From Candidatus Omnitrophota bacterium (lineage in GTDB: Bacteria; Omnitrophota; Gorgyraeia; B26-G9; JBDRCZ01): a DNA stretch of 64,000 nt. The notes under the pieces were generated by a model that saw only the letters and a program-made list of their open reading frames with translations, was not told the DNA's origin and made no database searches. Positions 1-11,452 of this stretch are shown here, one piece after another. Where the stretch lies: assembly GCA_043821285.1 (NCBI GenBank), contig JBDRCZ010000056.1, positions 792 through 64,791 on the forward strand. The letters run 5' to 3'. How positions within the stretch are numbered: position 1 is the first letter of the stretch; each line of letters opens with the position of its first letter. The position numbers and the translations under genes are program-made.

Positions 1-2
1 TA

Positions 3-305
3 ACCCCGGGAGAGCCAACAAGTAAAATTAATTTTAATCTTACGGCAGAACAAGCAAAAAGATATTACCGGTTGATAATAAAGGCAATAAGTGTAGATAC
101 AAGTAAAAAAGGCTATGTCAAATTTGCCGTGTTGTTAAACGACAACAAGCTGGCTGAATATAATGCATCGTACTGGCAGGGGCAAAGATTTAATATACCA
201 ATGCATGAACATTTACAAACAGGTAGAAATACAGTTAGTTTAGAGTGGTTAGACGGAGGAGATTGGATCAGCTGGGATTATCTGGAATTTATTCAGGATA
301 ATTAA
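3..305 (+). CDS. C-terminal part of a protein with a CBM-like beta-sandwich domain (5' end outside window)
   Basis: Frame open from the window edge (TPGEPTSKINFNLT...); ends in ...NTVSLEW...WDYLEF, like polysaccharide lyase family 4 domain III. Confidence 0.5.
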   Translation, partial: TPGEPTSKINFNLTAEQAKRYYRLIIKAISVDTSKKGYVKFAVLLNDNKLAEYNASYWQGQRFNIPMHEHLQTGRNTVSLEWLDGGDWISWDYLEFIQDN

Positions 306-382
306 ACGTAGACGGAATGGGGTTTAGTTGGTTGATGTTGAATTTGAGTATTCCCAGTGGGTTGATAGAGGGTGATCTTTTG

Positions 383-475
383 GAGGGAAAGTTTGAAAAC
401 CTTAGGTTTTCATATGACAAGCTGGATGAACCAAAACATTCCTTTATTATTTTTTTAGTTTTGGTTCATTCAGGT
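383..475. repeat. REP-like element, GAGGGAAAG-TTGAAAACC/GGTTTTCA family
   Basis: Palindrome tgaaaacc-tta-ggttttca plus tgaaccaaaac/gttttggttca hairpin; related copies at 8684-8743 (minus), 9692-9740, 53844-53925, 57225-57290, 63641-63692. Confidence 0.75.
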
Positions 476-491
476 TGAAGGAGGTTAACTG

Positions 492-1091
492 ATGCAAGAA
501 AGAGCACAGATTCTTGTTCCAATGGTTGTCGAGCAGACCAGCCGCGGGGAGCGGGCTTATGATATATATTCCCGTCTCCTGAAAGACCGAATTGTGTTTA
601 TCGGTACGGCGATTGATGATAATGTGGCAAATTTAGTTATTGCCCAACTGCTATTTTTACAAATGGAAGATCCGGATAAGAATATTAATGTTTATATCAA
701 TTCACCCGGGGGAATTGTAACCGCCGGGCTGGCAATTTATGATACGATGCAGTTTGTAAAATGTGAGGTTAATACTTATTGTGTTGGCCAGGCCGCGAGC
801 ATGGGAGCGGTGCTGCTTGCCGCAGGCAGGAAAAATAAACGGTATGTCCTTCCGCATGCCCGGGTGATGATCCACCAGCCATGGGGCGGAGTGCAGGGAC
901 AGGCTGCGGATATTAGTATTCAGGCAAAGGAAATCTTAAAGCTGCGTGACCGGATTAATGATATTATTGTCAAACATACCGGCCAGTCGCTGGATAAGGT
1001 GCAAAAAGATACGGATCGTGATTTTTATATGAGTGCAGAAGAGGCAAAAAAATATGGGCTGGTGGATGAAGTGATAACGGTAATGAAGTAG
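492..1091 (+). CDS. clpP: ATP-dependent Clp protease proteolytic subunit
   Basis: [24 protein letters not shown] and MIHQP motifs; GGAGG RBS. Confidence 0.98.
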   Translation: MQERAQILVPMVVEQTSRGERAYDIYSRLLKDRIVFIGTAIDDNVANLVIAQLLFLQMEDPDKNINVYINSPGGIVTAGLAIYDTMQFVKCEVNTYCVGQAASMGAVLLAAGRKNKRYVLPHARVMIHQPWGGVQGQAADISIQAKEILKLRDRINDIIVKHTGQSLDKVQKDTDRDFYMSAEEAKKYGLVDEVITVMK

Positions 1092-1109
1092 TTTGTAGTG
1101 AAAAATCGG

Positions 1110-1190
1110 AAAGCAACCACAGATTACGCAGATTGCTCAGATAGTTATAAAGATTTCAGGAAAAAATCTGAGTTAATCTGTGGTTGCTTT
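1110..1190. repeat. Palindromic miniature element (CCACAGATT family)
   Basis: Perfect 16-bp inverted arms aaagcaaccacagatt / aatctgtggttgcttt with internal cagatt periodicity. Confidence 0.8.
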
Positions 1191-1241
1191 AAAAGTACAA
1201 GTAATTTTTGACAGAAGCCTGTAATGAAAGAGGAGGATGTA

Positions 1242-2384
1242 ATGCAGAAAAATTATTTAATGACCCCCGGGCCGACACCTGTACCACCGGAAGTTTTAAC
1301 CGCAATGGCTCGTCCGATTATTCATCATCGTACGCCGCAATACGAAAAAATTTTTAAGGAAGTTAATGATAATTTGAAATATGTATTTAGAACGACAAAC
1401 GATATCTTGACGTTTGCCAGTTCCGGGACCGGCGCAATGGAGGCGGCGGTAGTAAATCTTCTAAGCCGCAGTGATAAAGTCTTGGTAATTAGCGGCGGGA
1501 AATTTGGCCAGCGCTGGGCGGAGATTTGTAATACTTATTCGTTAGATGTAAAAATTATTGATGTTCCCTGCGGTGATAGCGTGGACCCCGGTGAAGTGAA
1601 AGCATACCTTGATAAATGTCCAGATATAAAAGTTGTTTTTACCACTTATTGCGAAACATCAACCGGCGCAGTAACCGATATCCAGAGGATTTCCCAGATT
1701 CTCAAGAATACCCAGGCAATTATTGTTGTAGATGCGATAAGTGCGTTCGCCGGTATGGAGCTGTTAACAGACGAGTGGGGAATTGATGTTGTTGTAGTGG
1801 GTTCACAAAAGGGACTGATGATTCCCCCGGGGCTTAGTTTTTGTTCAGTGAGTAAAAAGGCATGGGAGCGGGTAAGTACTTCTAAACTGCCGAAATATTA
1901 CTTTGACTTTAAGCGGGCGAAAAAGGCCCTGGATAAAAATACAACCGCATATACCCCGGCAATAAGTTTAACGGTTGCATTGAATGAGGCCTTAAAAATC
2001 ATAAAAACAGAAGGATTAGAGAATGCATTGTTGCGCCATAAGATGTTAGCGCGTGCCTGCCGCCGGGCAATGAATACTTTAAATCTTCAGATTTTTGCAA
2101 AGAACCCGGCCGATGTCGTTACCTCAGTAAAGGTTCCAGAAGGCATTGATGGTGCAAAATTAGTAAAAACTATGCGGGAAAAATATGGTGTTTCTATTGC
2201 CGGGGGACAAGAAGAATTAAAAGGTAAAATTTTTCGAATTGCCCATATGGGGTATATGGATAAATTTGATTTGGTTGTTGCGGTATCATGTTTGGAAATT
2301 GTTTTATCTGAGCTGGGGTATAAAATAGAGTTTGGCCAGGGCGTGGGGGCGTTAGAGGAAGTTTTTAAGGAGGTTCAAAAGTGA
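1242..2384 (+). CDS. Class V PLP-dependent aminotransferase (serine-pyruvate/phosphoserine aminotransferase-like)
   Basis: LMTPGP, SSGTGAME, DAIS and GSQKG (PLP Lys); start after GAGGAGG; overlaps serA start. Confidence 0.93.
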   Translation: MQKNYLMTPGPTPVPPEVLTAMARPIIHHRTPQYEKIFKEVNDNLKYVFRTTNDILTFASSGTGAMEAAVVNLLSRSDKVLVISGGKFGQRWAEICNTYSLDVKIIDVPCGDSVDPGEVKAYLDKCPDIKVVFTTYCETSTGAVTDIQRISQILKNTQAIIVVDAISAFAGMELLTDEWGIDVVVVGSQKGLMIPPGLSFCSVSKKAWERVSTSKLPKYYFDFKRAKKALDKNTTAYTPAISLTVALNEALKIIKTEGLENALLRHKMLARACRRAMNTLNLQIFAKNPADVVTSVKVPEGIDGAKLVKTMREKYGVSIAGGQEELKGKIFRIAHMGYMDKFDLVVAVSCLEIVLSELGYKIEFGQGVGALEEVFKEVQK

Positions 2385-3961
2385 AAATTTTGGTAACGGA
2401 TCCTATTTCAGAAGAAGGTTTGAATATTTTAAAACAAGAAAAAGATGTGGATGTTGATATAAAATTAAATCCGCCGGCGGAGGAGTTAAAAAAGATTATC
2501 GCTGATTATGATGCTTGGATATTACGCAGCGGCACAAAGGTCACAAAAGATATTATTGACGCCGCGGTAAAACTTCGCGTTATCGGACGTGCCGGTGTCG
2601 GGCTGGATAATGTGGACTCTGAGGCGGCAACTAAACGCGGCATAATTGTGATGAATACCCCAGGTGGCAATACCATCTCTACTGCGGAGCATACCATGAG
2701 TATGATGCTTGCTCTCTCGCGTAATATTCCTCAAGCAGATGCTTCGTTAAGATCCGGCCGCTGGGAGCGGAAAAAATTTACCGGGGTGGAGCTTTTTGGC
2801 AAAACTTTGGGAATTATTGGACTTGGACGTATTGGCCGGGAAGTGGCCAAGCGGGCGCTTTCTTTTAATATGAGAGTCGTTGCTTATGACCCGTTTCTTT
2901 CAAAAGAGCGGACGAGTAAGCTTGAAATAGAATCGATTGATTTAGAAGAATTATTACAAATTTCTGATTATATAACGACTCATACACCACTTACCCAGGA
3001 TACAAAACATCTCATAAGCCAGACAGCGTTTAAAATGATGAAAAAAGGGGTAAAGATTGTAAATTGTGCCCGGGGGGGAATTGTTGATGAAAAAGCGCTT
3101 TATGAGGCAATAAAAGAGGGTATTGTCTCCGGGGCGGCATTAGACGTGTTTGAAAAGGAACCGCCAAATGATAACTGCTTACTTAAACTCGAAAATGTTA
3201 TTGTTACTCCGCATCTTGGTGCTTCAACCGAAGAAGCGCAGATAAATGTTTCTGTCGAGGTCTGCCGTCAGGTGGTTGATGCACTTGTGGGAAGATGTGT
3301 ACGGAATGCAGTTAATTTTCCCTGTCTTGAGCCGGAAGTATTCAAAGTAATCGGGCCATATTTAAATCTTGCGGAAAAATTGGGACTGCTTCAGGCACAG
3401 CTCCTTGCCGGCCGGATAACGCGTGTGGATATAAAATATTGCGGCGATATTATTAACCATGACCTTGCGGTATTGACAATTGCGATCATTAAAGGATTAC
3501 TTGCACCAATATTGCAGGAGACGGTTAATTTTGTGAATGCCCCGGTAATTGCCAAAGAACGCCGGATTGAAATTGTTGAATCAAAAACATCGGAAGTGGA
3601 AGATTTTGCAAATTTAATTTCTATTGATGTATCAACCGATCGCGGAAAAAATTCGGTCGTCGGAACGCTGTTTACAAGAAACGACCCGCGCATTGTTAAA
3701 ATTAATGAGTTCTATATTGATGCCGTACCCAGCGGGTATATGCTGGTTATTGCTAATATCGATAAACCAGGGATTGTTGGTAAGATCGGGACTTTTCTTG
3801 GTGATAACAATATTAATATTGCCGGGATGAATTTTGGCCGTCAAAGTCCAGGCGGTAAGGCGATAACCGTTCTGAATATTGACAGCCCCCTGACGGAAGA
3901 GATGCTGTCTCAGGTAAAATCTATGCCGCATATTCATGATGCGAAAATTGTTAAATTGTAA
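2381..3961 (+). CDS. serA: D-3-phosphoglycerate dehydrogenase with ASB/ACT domains
   Basis: RAGVGLDN, GLGRIG, NCARGG, TPHLGAST; C-terminal DKPG ACT domain. Confidence 0.97.
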   Translation: MKILVTDPISEEGLNILKQEKDVDVDIKLNPPAEELKKIIADYDAWILRSGTKVTKDIIDAAVKLRVIGRAGVGLDNVDSEAATKRGIIVMNTPGGNTISTAEHTMSMMLALSRNIPQADASLRSGRWERKKFTGVELFGKTLGIIGLGRIGREVAKRALSFNMRVVAYDPFLSKERTSKLEIESIDLEELLQISDYITTHTPLTQDTKHLISQTAFKMMKKGVKIVNCARGGIVDEKALYEAIKEGIVSGAALDVFEKEPPNDNCLLKLENVIVTPHLGASTEEAQINVSVEVCRQVVDALVGRCVRNAVNFPCLEPEVFKVIGPYLNLAEKLGLLQAQLLAGRITRVDIKYCGDIINHDLAVLTIAIIKGLLAPILQETVNFVNAPVIAKERRIEIVESKTSEVEDFANLISIDVSTDRGKNSVVGTLFTRNDPRIVKINEFYIDAVPSGYMLVIANIDKPGIVGKIGTFLGDNNINIAGMNFGRQSPGGKAITVLNIDSPLTEEMLSQVKSMPHIHDAKIVKL

Positions 3962-4074
3962 AACCTAAATGCAACCACAGATTATACAGATTACGCAGAT
4001 GGTTGTTTTGAAAACAAATTTAAAAGTACCGGTGGTATTTGACAGAACCTAAAATCAGGGAGGAAGGTTATACG

Positions 4075-5316
4075 ATGGCAAAAAAAAGAAATAAGATATA
4101 CATTGTGGATGTAACTAATCGTGACGGGGTGCAGACTTCCCGCATTTGCCTTTCTAAATTACAAAAGACAATGCTCAATATATTTTTAAATGAAATGGGC
4201 ATATTTCAGAGTGAATTTGGATTTCCCGTAACGAAACACGAAAAAAACTATTTGAATGCAAATTTGAAACTGGCGAAGATCGGGGTGATTAATAAAACAC
4301 GTCTCAGCGGCTGGATACGGGCAACAGTTGAGGATGTATTGGCTGCTTTTAAAAATGCGCCTGATCTCCAACATCTTAATTTATCAATATCTACGTCTGA
4401 TCAGATGATTATTCATAAATTTCGGGGTAAATTAGATCATTTATCGGTAATTACGGGAATGGAACATGCCGTGAAGCATGCGATTAAAATGGGGGCAAAG
4501 AGTGTTGGGGTAAATGCGGAAGATGCCTCGCGTACCGATATTAATTATTTAATAAAATTTGCCAAAGCTGCGGAGGCCGCCGGGGCAGAGAGAATTCGTT
4601 ATTGTGATACATTGGGCTATGAAACTCCTTTTAGCATTTATGAACGAATTAAACAGCTTGTAAATAATGTAAAAATTTCCGTAGAAATACATTGCCATAA
4701 TGATTTAGGAATGGCCGTAGCAAATTCTATTGCCGGGGCAAAGGCGGCTATTGATAACGGGGTGGATGCTTATATAAATACCTGTATAAATGGGGTAGGT
4801 GAGAGAGCCGGTAATGCAGATTTAGTCAGCGTGATTCTGGCATTAAAATATGCCGCTGGTTTTAATGATTATACGTTGGATGAAAGGGTAAATTTGAAGG
4901 TTGCCTGGAGGATTTCCAAGTATGCCTCATACGCCTTTGGCGTACCTATTCCGATAAACCAGCCAGGGGTAGGCGCAAATGCATTTGCTCATGAATCAGG
5001 TATCCACGCCGACGGTGCGCTTAAAGACCGCAGGAATTATGAATTATTTGATTATGAAGAATTAGGAAGGGGAGAGCAGGAAATAATTGAAACCGGCAGA
5101 AAAATAACGGCTGGTGAATATAGCGGGATTAAAGGATTTCGTAATGTTTATGAAAAATTACAGATTTCATTTAAAAATGACAAACAGGCCGCAAAGATTT
5201 TAGACTTAGTGCGTTATGCGAACGTTCATAACCAGAAACCGTTGGTTAAGACCGAATTAATGTTTATTGCCAAATATCCTGATATTGCTCAACAAATTTT
5301 TACGATGACGCCATAA
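4075..5316 (+). CDS. DRE-TIM metallolyase; homocitrate-synthase-like, probably Dehalococcoides-type Re-citrate synthase
   Basis: DVTNRDGVQ, HCHND, GERAGN and HESGIH motifs; ATG at 4075 after GGAGGAAGG. Confidence 0.8.
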   Translation: MAKKRNKIYIVDVTNRDGVQTSRICLSKLQKTMLNIFLNEMGIFQSEFGFPVTKHEKNYLNANLKLAKIGVINKTRLSGWIRATVEDVLAAFKNAPDLQHLNLSISTSDQMIIHKFRGKLDHLSVITGMEHAVKHAIKMGAKSVGVNAEDASRTDINYLIKFAKAAEAAGAERIRYCDTLGYETPFSIYERIKQLVNNVKISVEIHCHNDLGMAVANSIAGAKAAIDNGVDAYINTCINGVGERAGNADLVSVILALKYAAGFNDYTLDERVNLKVAWRISKYASYAFGVPIPINQPGVGANAFAHESGIHADGALKDRRNYELFDYEELGRGEQEIIETGRKITAGEYSGIKGFRNVYEKLQISFKNDKQAAKILDLVRYANVHNQKPLVKTELMFIAKYPDIAQQIFTMTP

Positions 5317-5448
5317 ACGGCAAAAAGTGTTAAAAAGTGACAATTGACGAAAACAGAATGACGTGCCAAACAACACGGCGGGCAGGTGAGAAAATAAAAA
5401 TTAACAATGATAGTCAAGGTGATGGAAATTTTTTAGGAGGGGGTTGAG

Positions 5449-7293
5449 ATGAGAAAGGTAATATATTTTCTTTTGACTTTAGGGTTTATTTTTACAAGCA
5501 GCGTTGTATATGGGCAGTCAACAATTATAAAAGAAGTTAAGTCGGATGATTTAGGCACATCTGTTCGGGTATCATTAGTTACAAACAGCTATACAACGGT
5601 AGAATATTATGATATTGCTACTCCTCCGCAGATTGTGATTGATTTTATTGGAAATGTTTTTACAAATTTGCGCGATGCACAAATAATAGATAATGAACCG
5701 ATAAAACAGATTCGTTTTGTCAAAGGAACGGAGACGGCCGGGGATTTGGATGATTCTTATTATGCCGTTGATTTTATAATTATTGACATGGAACAGCCAA
5801 AACCTTATGAATTTTTTCATGGTCAGAATGTTGTAAGCGTTGAAGTAAAAAAGGCAAAACCGCGCAGTAACATAGAAAGAGTTTCAAAATTGCCGGTGTC
5901 AGAAATAACTACACCTGAGATGAGAAAACCCGTAGAGCCAGAACTACTTTTGCCAGTTGAAGAAGAAGCTGTGGGGGGGGCGCCAGCCTTAAGGCAGGAA
6001 AAGACGGAAAACGAGATAACTCTGCCGCTACTGCCGGCAATCGAAGAGCCGGTAGAGGAGTTGCCCAGAGAAGGAATGATCAAAAAGAGCTGGAGTAGTG
6101 TAAGTAGCGGAACAAAATCTATCGGCAGAAATATATGGAGAGGAGCAGCTTCAATCGGCCGGGGAGTAAAAAAAATATTTGCTTTACCTAAAATGGGAAA
6201 AAAAGTTAAGAAAAGAGAGGTTAAACAGGAGAAGGAAGATGGTCATGGATATAAAAATTCTCAGGCCGGCTTAGCAGCAGCAATAGAGGAAAAAAATAAA
6301 GCAGAAGCGTTACTTAAAAAAGCAGTGGATGATTATATGCTTGCACAGGCAGAACTTGGAGAGGTAACAAAAACTCAACACCAGCCGGATGAAAAATTTG
6401 ACATGGTGGAAAAAGAAGCAATGGATGCACAACAGGAACTGGCGGCTGCGGTAGAAGAAGAAAAAAAAGTAAAAGAGGAAGTAGAAAATATCTCTGAGCA
6501 ATATAAGGCAGCAAAGAAAGAATTAAATCTGGCAATATCCAAACAGCTTGATGTGGAAGAATTAGAGAGATTAAAGACTAAGTACGAAAATAAAAAACAG
6601 GAATTCAATGCTGCGATAGCCCAGGCTAAATTAAGTAATAAAAAAGTAAAAGAAAAAACTAATCTGAATAAACAAAAACAGCAAGCATTAAAGTCACAAA
6701 CTAGAGATGACCAGTCTCGATCTGATGCTTTAAAAAAGGCCCGGACAAATTTGGAATTAGCCAAAGATAAAATGGAACGGATGATCGTTGAAGTAAAGAA
6801 ATCGGAAATAAAAGTATCAACAGCAAAAAGGGAATATGGGGCCTGGCAGTTAAGAAAAAGCAAAAAGTCTTTAGCAAATGAATATGTTGAAAAGCCTCAT
6901 TTACCGGAAAAACCAGAGATAACCTGTGAGTCAGCAAGAAATTTGCGCAATAAAGGGTTTGAGGCACAGAGCCGGGGAGATTTGGATCAAGCAGTCCGTT
7001 ACTATCAAGAGGCAATACTTGCGGATTCCACATATCCTGACCCGCATAATGATTTAGGCATTGTTTACGAACAGAAAGGATGGCGAGATCGAGCAAAAGG
7101 AGAATATTTAACCGTATTAAAGATTGCCCCGGATTACATAAAGGCTTATTCCAATTTAGCTCTTTTGTACGAACAGGAAGGCAATATTGAAAAAGCAATA
7201 TATTATTGGCAGGAACGGGTCAGGCTGGGAAATCCTGGAGACAAGTGGACAGAAGTTGCGAGAAAAAGAATGGAAGAGTTAAAAGAAAGGTAA
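5449..7293 (+). CDS. Exported AMIN-like / coiled-coil / TPR protein
   Basis: Signal peptide, PPQIVIDF AMIN-like motif, long coiled coil, three C-terminal TPRs. Confidence 0.75.
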   Translation: MRKVIYFLLTLGFIFTSSVVYGQSTIIKEVKSDDLGTSVRVSLVTNSYTTVEYYDIATPPQIVIDFIGNVFTNLRDAQIIDNEPIKQIRFVKGTETAGDLDDSYYAVDFIIIDMEQPKPYEFFHGQNVVSVEVKKAKPRSNIERVSKLPVSEITTPEMRKPVEPELLLPVEEEAVGGAPALRQEKTENEITLPLLPAIEEPVEELPREGMIKKSWSSVSSGTKSIGRNIWRGAASIGRGVKKIFALPKMGKKVKKREVKQEKEDGHGYKNSQAGLAAAIEEKNKAEALLKKAVDDYMLAQAELGEVTKTQHQPDEKFDMVEKEAMDAQQELAAAVEEEKKVKEEVENISEQYKAAKKELNLAISKQLDVEELERLKTKYENKKQEFNAAIAQAKLSNKKVKEKTNLNKQKQQALKSQTRDDQSRSDALKKARTNLELAKDKMERMIVEVKKSEIKVSTAKREYGAWQLRKSKKSLANEYVEKPHLPEKPEITCESARNLRNKGFEAQSRGDLDQAVRYYQEAILADSTYPDPHNDLGIVYEQKGWRDRAKGEYLTVLKIAPDYIKAYSNLALLYEQEGNIEKAIYYWQERVRLGNPGDKWTEVARKRMEELKER

Positions 7294-8589
<1,296 letters not shown>

Positions 8590-8823
8590 AAAAAATTCCT
8601 ATACTTTGACGATCCCTTCTCCACAATGCATTGGCGGATCTTCGATGCAGCAAGACGACAGGGTATTACGCTTAGGTGATGCGGCTGCAGCACCGGAAAT
8701 TTTTTTATATAATGAAAACCTGCGGTTTTCAACCTTTCCCTCCATAATGTTACTTGCTGGTAAGACCACAGGAAGTAAACAGGTTCATGTTGAAAGACAA
8801 TGCTTATCTGGCGGTGGACACAG

Positions 8824-9411
8824 ATGAAAAGATACAGATGTAGGATGTTAGATAATAAATATATATACGAGGTCATTTTTTTAGTTTGCTTTTTTCATTT
8901 TTCCAGTTTTTGTTTTTCAGCAAATGGAACGCAAGTGATTATTTTTGATGACAAAGTAGAAGCAGATGTATCTCTTCAGGGAGATGTTCGATGGAGTAAT
9001 GAAAGAAGATTTAGCGGGTTAAAGTCTTTATTTGTATCCGGGGATAGTATAAATAATAGTTTTTGTTTAGAGTTTTTGAAGCCACTGGATATTGGGGAAA
9101 GGGATAAAATTATCTGTCATGTGTATCTTCCCGCGCACAATTCACCCAAAGGAATAATGATTAAATTTGAAACCGACAATGGAGTAATTTCAGGGCTTTA
9201 CTGGGAAGGGATGCATGAGGTATTTAATGTCTCCGAGGGGCAGGCAATATATTATATGCAAAGGCTGCCGCAAATAGCTAGTTGGTCCGCTTTAGAGTTT
9301 AACGCCGATAGAGCAGAGATTAACAGTTCGCGGATTAAAAAGATAGAGTTTATCACTTTTGGCGGCGATGCTTACTGGGATAAGCTGGCGGTAGAGAGAG
9401 CGGTGGAATAA
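8824..9411 (+). CDS. Hypothetical exported protein (beta-sandwich/CBM-like); start uncertain
   Basis: Hydrophobic N-terminus; ends in FITFGGDAYWDKL. Confidence 0.6.
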   Translation: MKRYRCRMLDNKYIYEVIFLVCFFHFSSFCFSANGTQVIIFDDKVEADVSLQGDVRWSNERRFSGLKSLFVSGDSINNSFCLEFLKPLDIGERDKIICHVYLPAHNSPKGIMIKFETDNGVISGLYWEGMHEVFNVSEGQAIYYMQRLPQIASWSALEFNADRAEINSSRIKKIEFITFGGDAYWDKLAVERAVE

Positions 9412-9439
9412 AAGCAGAGAGGTTTTACCGCGATTAAAC

Positions 9440-9745
9440 TTGAGTATTCCCTGTAGCTTGCTACAGGGTGATCTTAGGGATAGTCAAGCTTAAGGAAATT
9501 TTTTAACGTATTAGGAAACAATAAGATTATCAAACTGTGGATAACTTGGGATTTAGGGTATAGTTTGGTATATTTAACTTGGAATTCCCCGCCCCTTGGG
9601 GCGTGGGATGATATAAGAAATTCCTTATCGACGTAGCGAAGCGGAGCTGATCGTGATACCCCGCTGCTTGCGGCGGGGAGAGTTCATTGTTAAGGGAAGG
9701 TTTGAAAACCGTAGGTTTTTAAATGGATAAAAAGATTCCGAAGGA
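9440..9745. repeat. Cluster of REP-like palindromes (CCCYGYWGCTTGCWRCRGGG and TTGAAAACC families)
   Basis: ccctgtagcttgctacaggg, ccccgctgcttgcggcgggg, tgaaaaccgtaggtttt. Confidence 0.75.
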
Positions 9746-9768
9746 ATTTTTTTATTAACTAAATATTC

Positions 9769-9797
9769 TTGACTTTTATTATCAAGAGTGCTATATT
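9769..9797 (+). promoter_or_regulatory. Sigma70-type promoter
   Basis: TTGACT-N17-TATATT with extended -10 TG, just upstream of the ATG at 9811. Confidence 0.6.
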
Positions 9798-9810
9798 TCA
9801 CAGATAAGGG

Positions 9811-10251
9811 ATGCAGAATATTATTTACCGATTTATCACCATTTTGATAATTTTATTAGTTTTTATTGTGCCGGATAGTATAGTTTTCGCCTGGGGCAGG
9901 CGGCCGCCGGATTTAATCAAAACTGAATCCGAAGGACCTATTCAACCGCGGATAGAAATAATTTTACCACCAAAAGAAACAATTAAAAAAGAAGAACATA
10001 ACTTATCTACGGCCGCACCCCAGCAGACGGATTTACCGCGGAATGTACTTGAAATACAAACCGCTTTAAAAAACGCCGGTTATGACCCCGGACCGCTTGA
10101 TGGGAAAATCGGCCCACAGACAAAAAATGCTACCCGGCAGTTTCAAAAAGAACATGAATTAGAAATTGACGGTAAAGCTGGCAAAAAGACCTGGTATAAA
10201 CTTAGAAATTTTTTAAGCATTGAAAAGGAGGGAATAAATGAAGGTTCATAA
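9811..10251 (+). CDS. Peptidoglycan-binding domain protein
   Basis: Signal peptide; IQTALKNAGYDPGPLDGKIGPQT...FQ..H.L..DG. Confidence 0.88.
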   Translation: MQNIIYRFITILIILLVFIVPDSIVFAWGRRPPDLIKTESEGPIQPRIEIILPPKETIKKEEHNLSTAAPQQTDLPRNVLEIQTALKNAGYDPGPLDGKIGPQTKNATRQFQKEHELEIDGKAGKKTWYKLRNFLSIEKEGINEGS

Positions 10252-10912
10252 GATATTAATTATCTTCGGCATAATCAGCTTGATTAGTTTAAACGGTTGT
10301 TCTGTTATTTTACAGAAGAGACACCCGTCAGATCAAAAACGAATTGAAGAACTGGAACGATTGGCACGGGAAAAAGATCGCCAGGCGCAGGAATTGCTTC
10401 AAGCAAAGAGACAACTTGAGCGGAGCCTAAGAAAAGAAATTGAAAATAAAACACTAAGTTTGGACATGGCTGAGCGCGGGTTGATAATTACCTTTGTTGC
10501 CGAGGTTTTATTTGATTCTGGAAAGGCCGAGATTAAGACCGAGGCAAGGAAGTCCCTTGATGAGGTGGCGAAGGTATTAAACGAAACGGTTGCCGACCGG
10601 GATATTTCAATCGAGGGGCATACGGATAATGTTCCGATTAAGCACTCAGGCTGGAAATCGAATTGGGAGCTTTCTACTGCGCGGGCCGTCAGTGTGTTGC
10701 ATTATTTAGTAGACCAAAAGAATATTTTGCCGCAGCGGGTTTCTGCGACTGGTTATGGAGAACAGAAGCCAATCGCTTCCAATGACACAAAGGAGGGAAA
10801 AGCCAAGAATAGAAGAGTGGAAATTGTTATTTTACCGAAACAAGCAACCAGAATTCAGAAATTAGATGAACCTTCAGACCTTACGGGCAGCAGACCAATA
10901 TATAAAAAATAA
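10238..10912 (+). CDS. OmpA/MotB C-terminal domain lipoprotein
   Basis: LNGC lipobox; LFDSGKA, EGHTD, NWELSTARA, NRRVEI. Confidence 0.92.
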   Translation: MKVHKILIIFGIISLISLNGCSVILQKRHPSDQKRIEELERLAREKDRQAQELLQAKRQLERSLRKEIENKTLSLDMAERGLIITFVAEVLFDSGKAEIKTEARKSLDEVAKVLNETVADRDISIEGHTDNVPIKHSGWKSNWELSTARAVSVLHYLVDQKNILPQRVSATGYGEQKPIASNDTKEGKAKNRRVEIVILPKQATRIQKLDEPSDLTGSRPIYKK

Positions 10913-10927
10913 AAAAAGGAGGAAGCG

Positions 10928-11356
10928 GTGGATATAATAAAAAAGAATAATCAAACACTAATCTGGCTGGCAATAGTGGTTATCCTTATTTTTATGATTG
11001 TTAGTGTCAATGCAGCAAAGTCAAGAGAAATAAATAAGCTAAAAGGCACACTTAATCAAAGACAGAATGAGAACTCTATAGTGCAGGGTAGACTAAATAA
11101 GATGATGGATTCGTATCAGAGCCATAAGCAGGCGGTCGATAAACTCGATGCAACGATCAAAGAACTGAAACTTGAGAACCAATCTCTGCTCATCGAACTT
11201 GACGGTTTTACCAAGGTAAAGGAAAAACTTGCCAACGAACTGATCATTAAAAATGATCTGGAAGAAAAAATTGCTCAACTTGAAAAACGGGTTATGGATT
11301 TGACCGAGCAATTAAAACAGTCAAAAGCGCAGATTTTCTCCTTGGAGCGAAAATAA
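10928..11356 (+). CDS. Membrane-anchored coiled-coil protein
   Basis: N-terminal TM helix, heptad pattern, GGAGG RBS. Confidence 0.75.
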   Translation: MDIIKKNNQTLIWLAIVVILIFMIVSVNAAKSREINKLKGTLNQRQNENSIVQGRLNKMMDSYQSHKQAVDKLDATIKELKLENQSLLIELDGFTKVKEKLANELIIKNDLEEKIAQLEKRVMDLTEQLKQSKAQIFSLERK

Positions 11357-11400
11357 TATTAGTAATTTTTTTTTAAAAAAATTCTTCACATTTTTCGTAG

Positions 11401-11438
11401 ATGAATCTACCCTGCTTCGTATGTCAGGGTAGATTCAT
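11401..11438. repeat. REP-like hairpin / possible terminator
   Basis: atgaatctaccctg...cagggtagattcat followed by T-tract. Confidence 0.6.
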
Positions 11439-11452
11439 TTTGTAGAGGAATT

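Noticed and set aside
8606-8827. 73-aa ORF with faint PAAR-like words (RLGD, TGS)
   Set aside because: Built largely from an inverted copy of the TTGAAAACC REP and a ggcggatcttcga hairpin; no RBS
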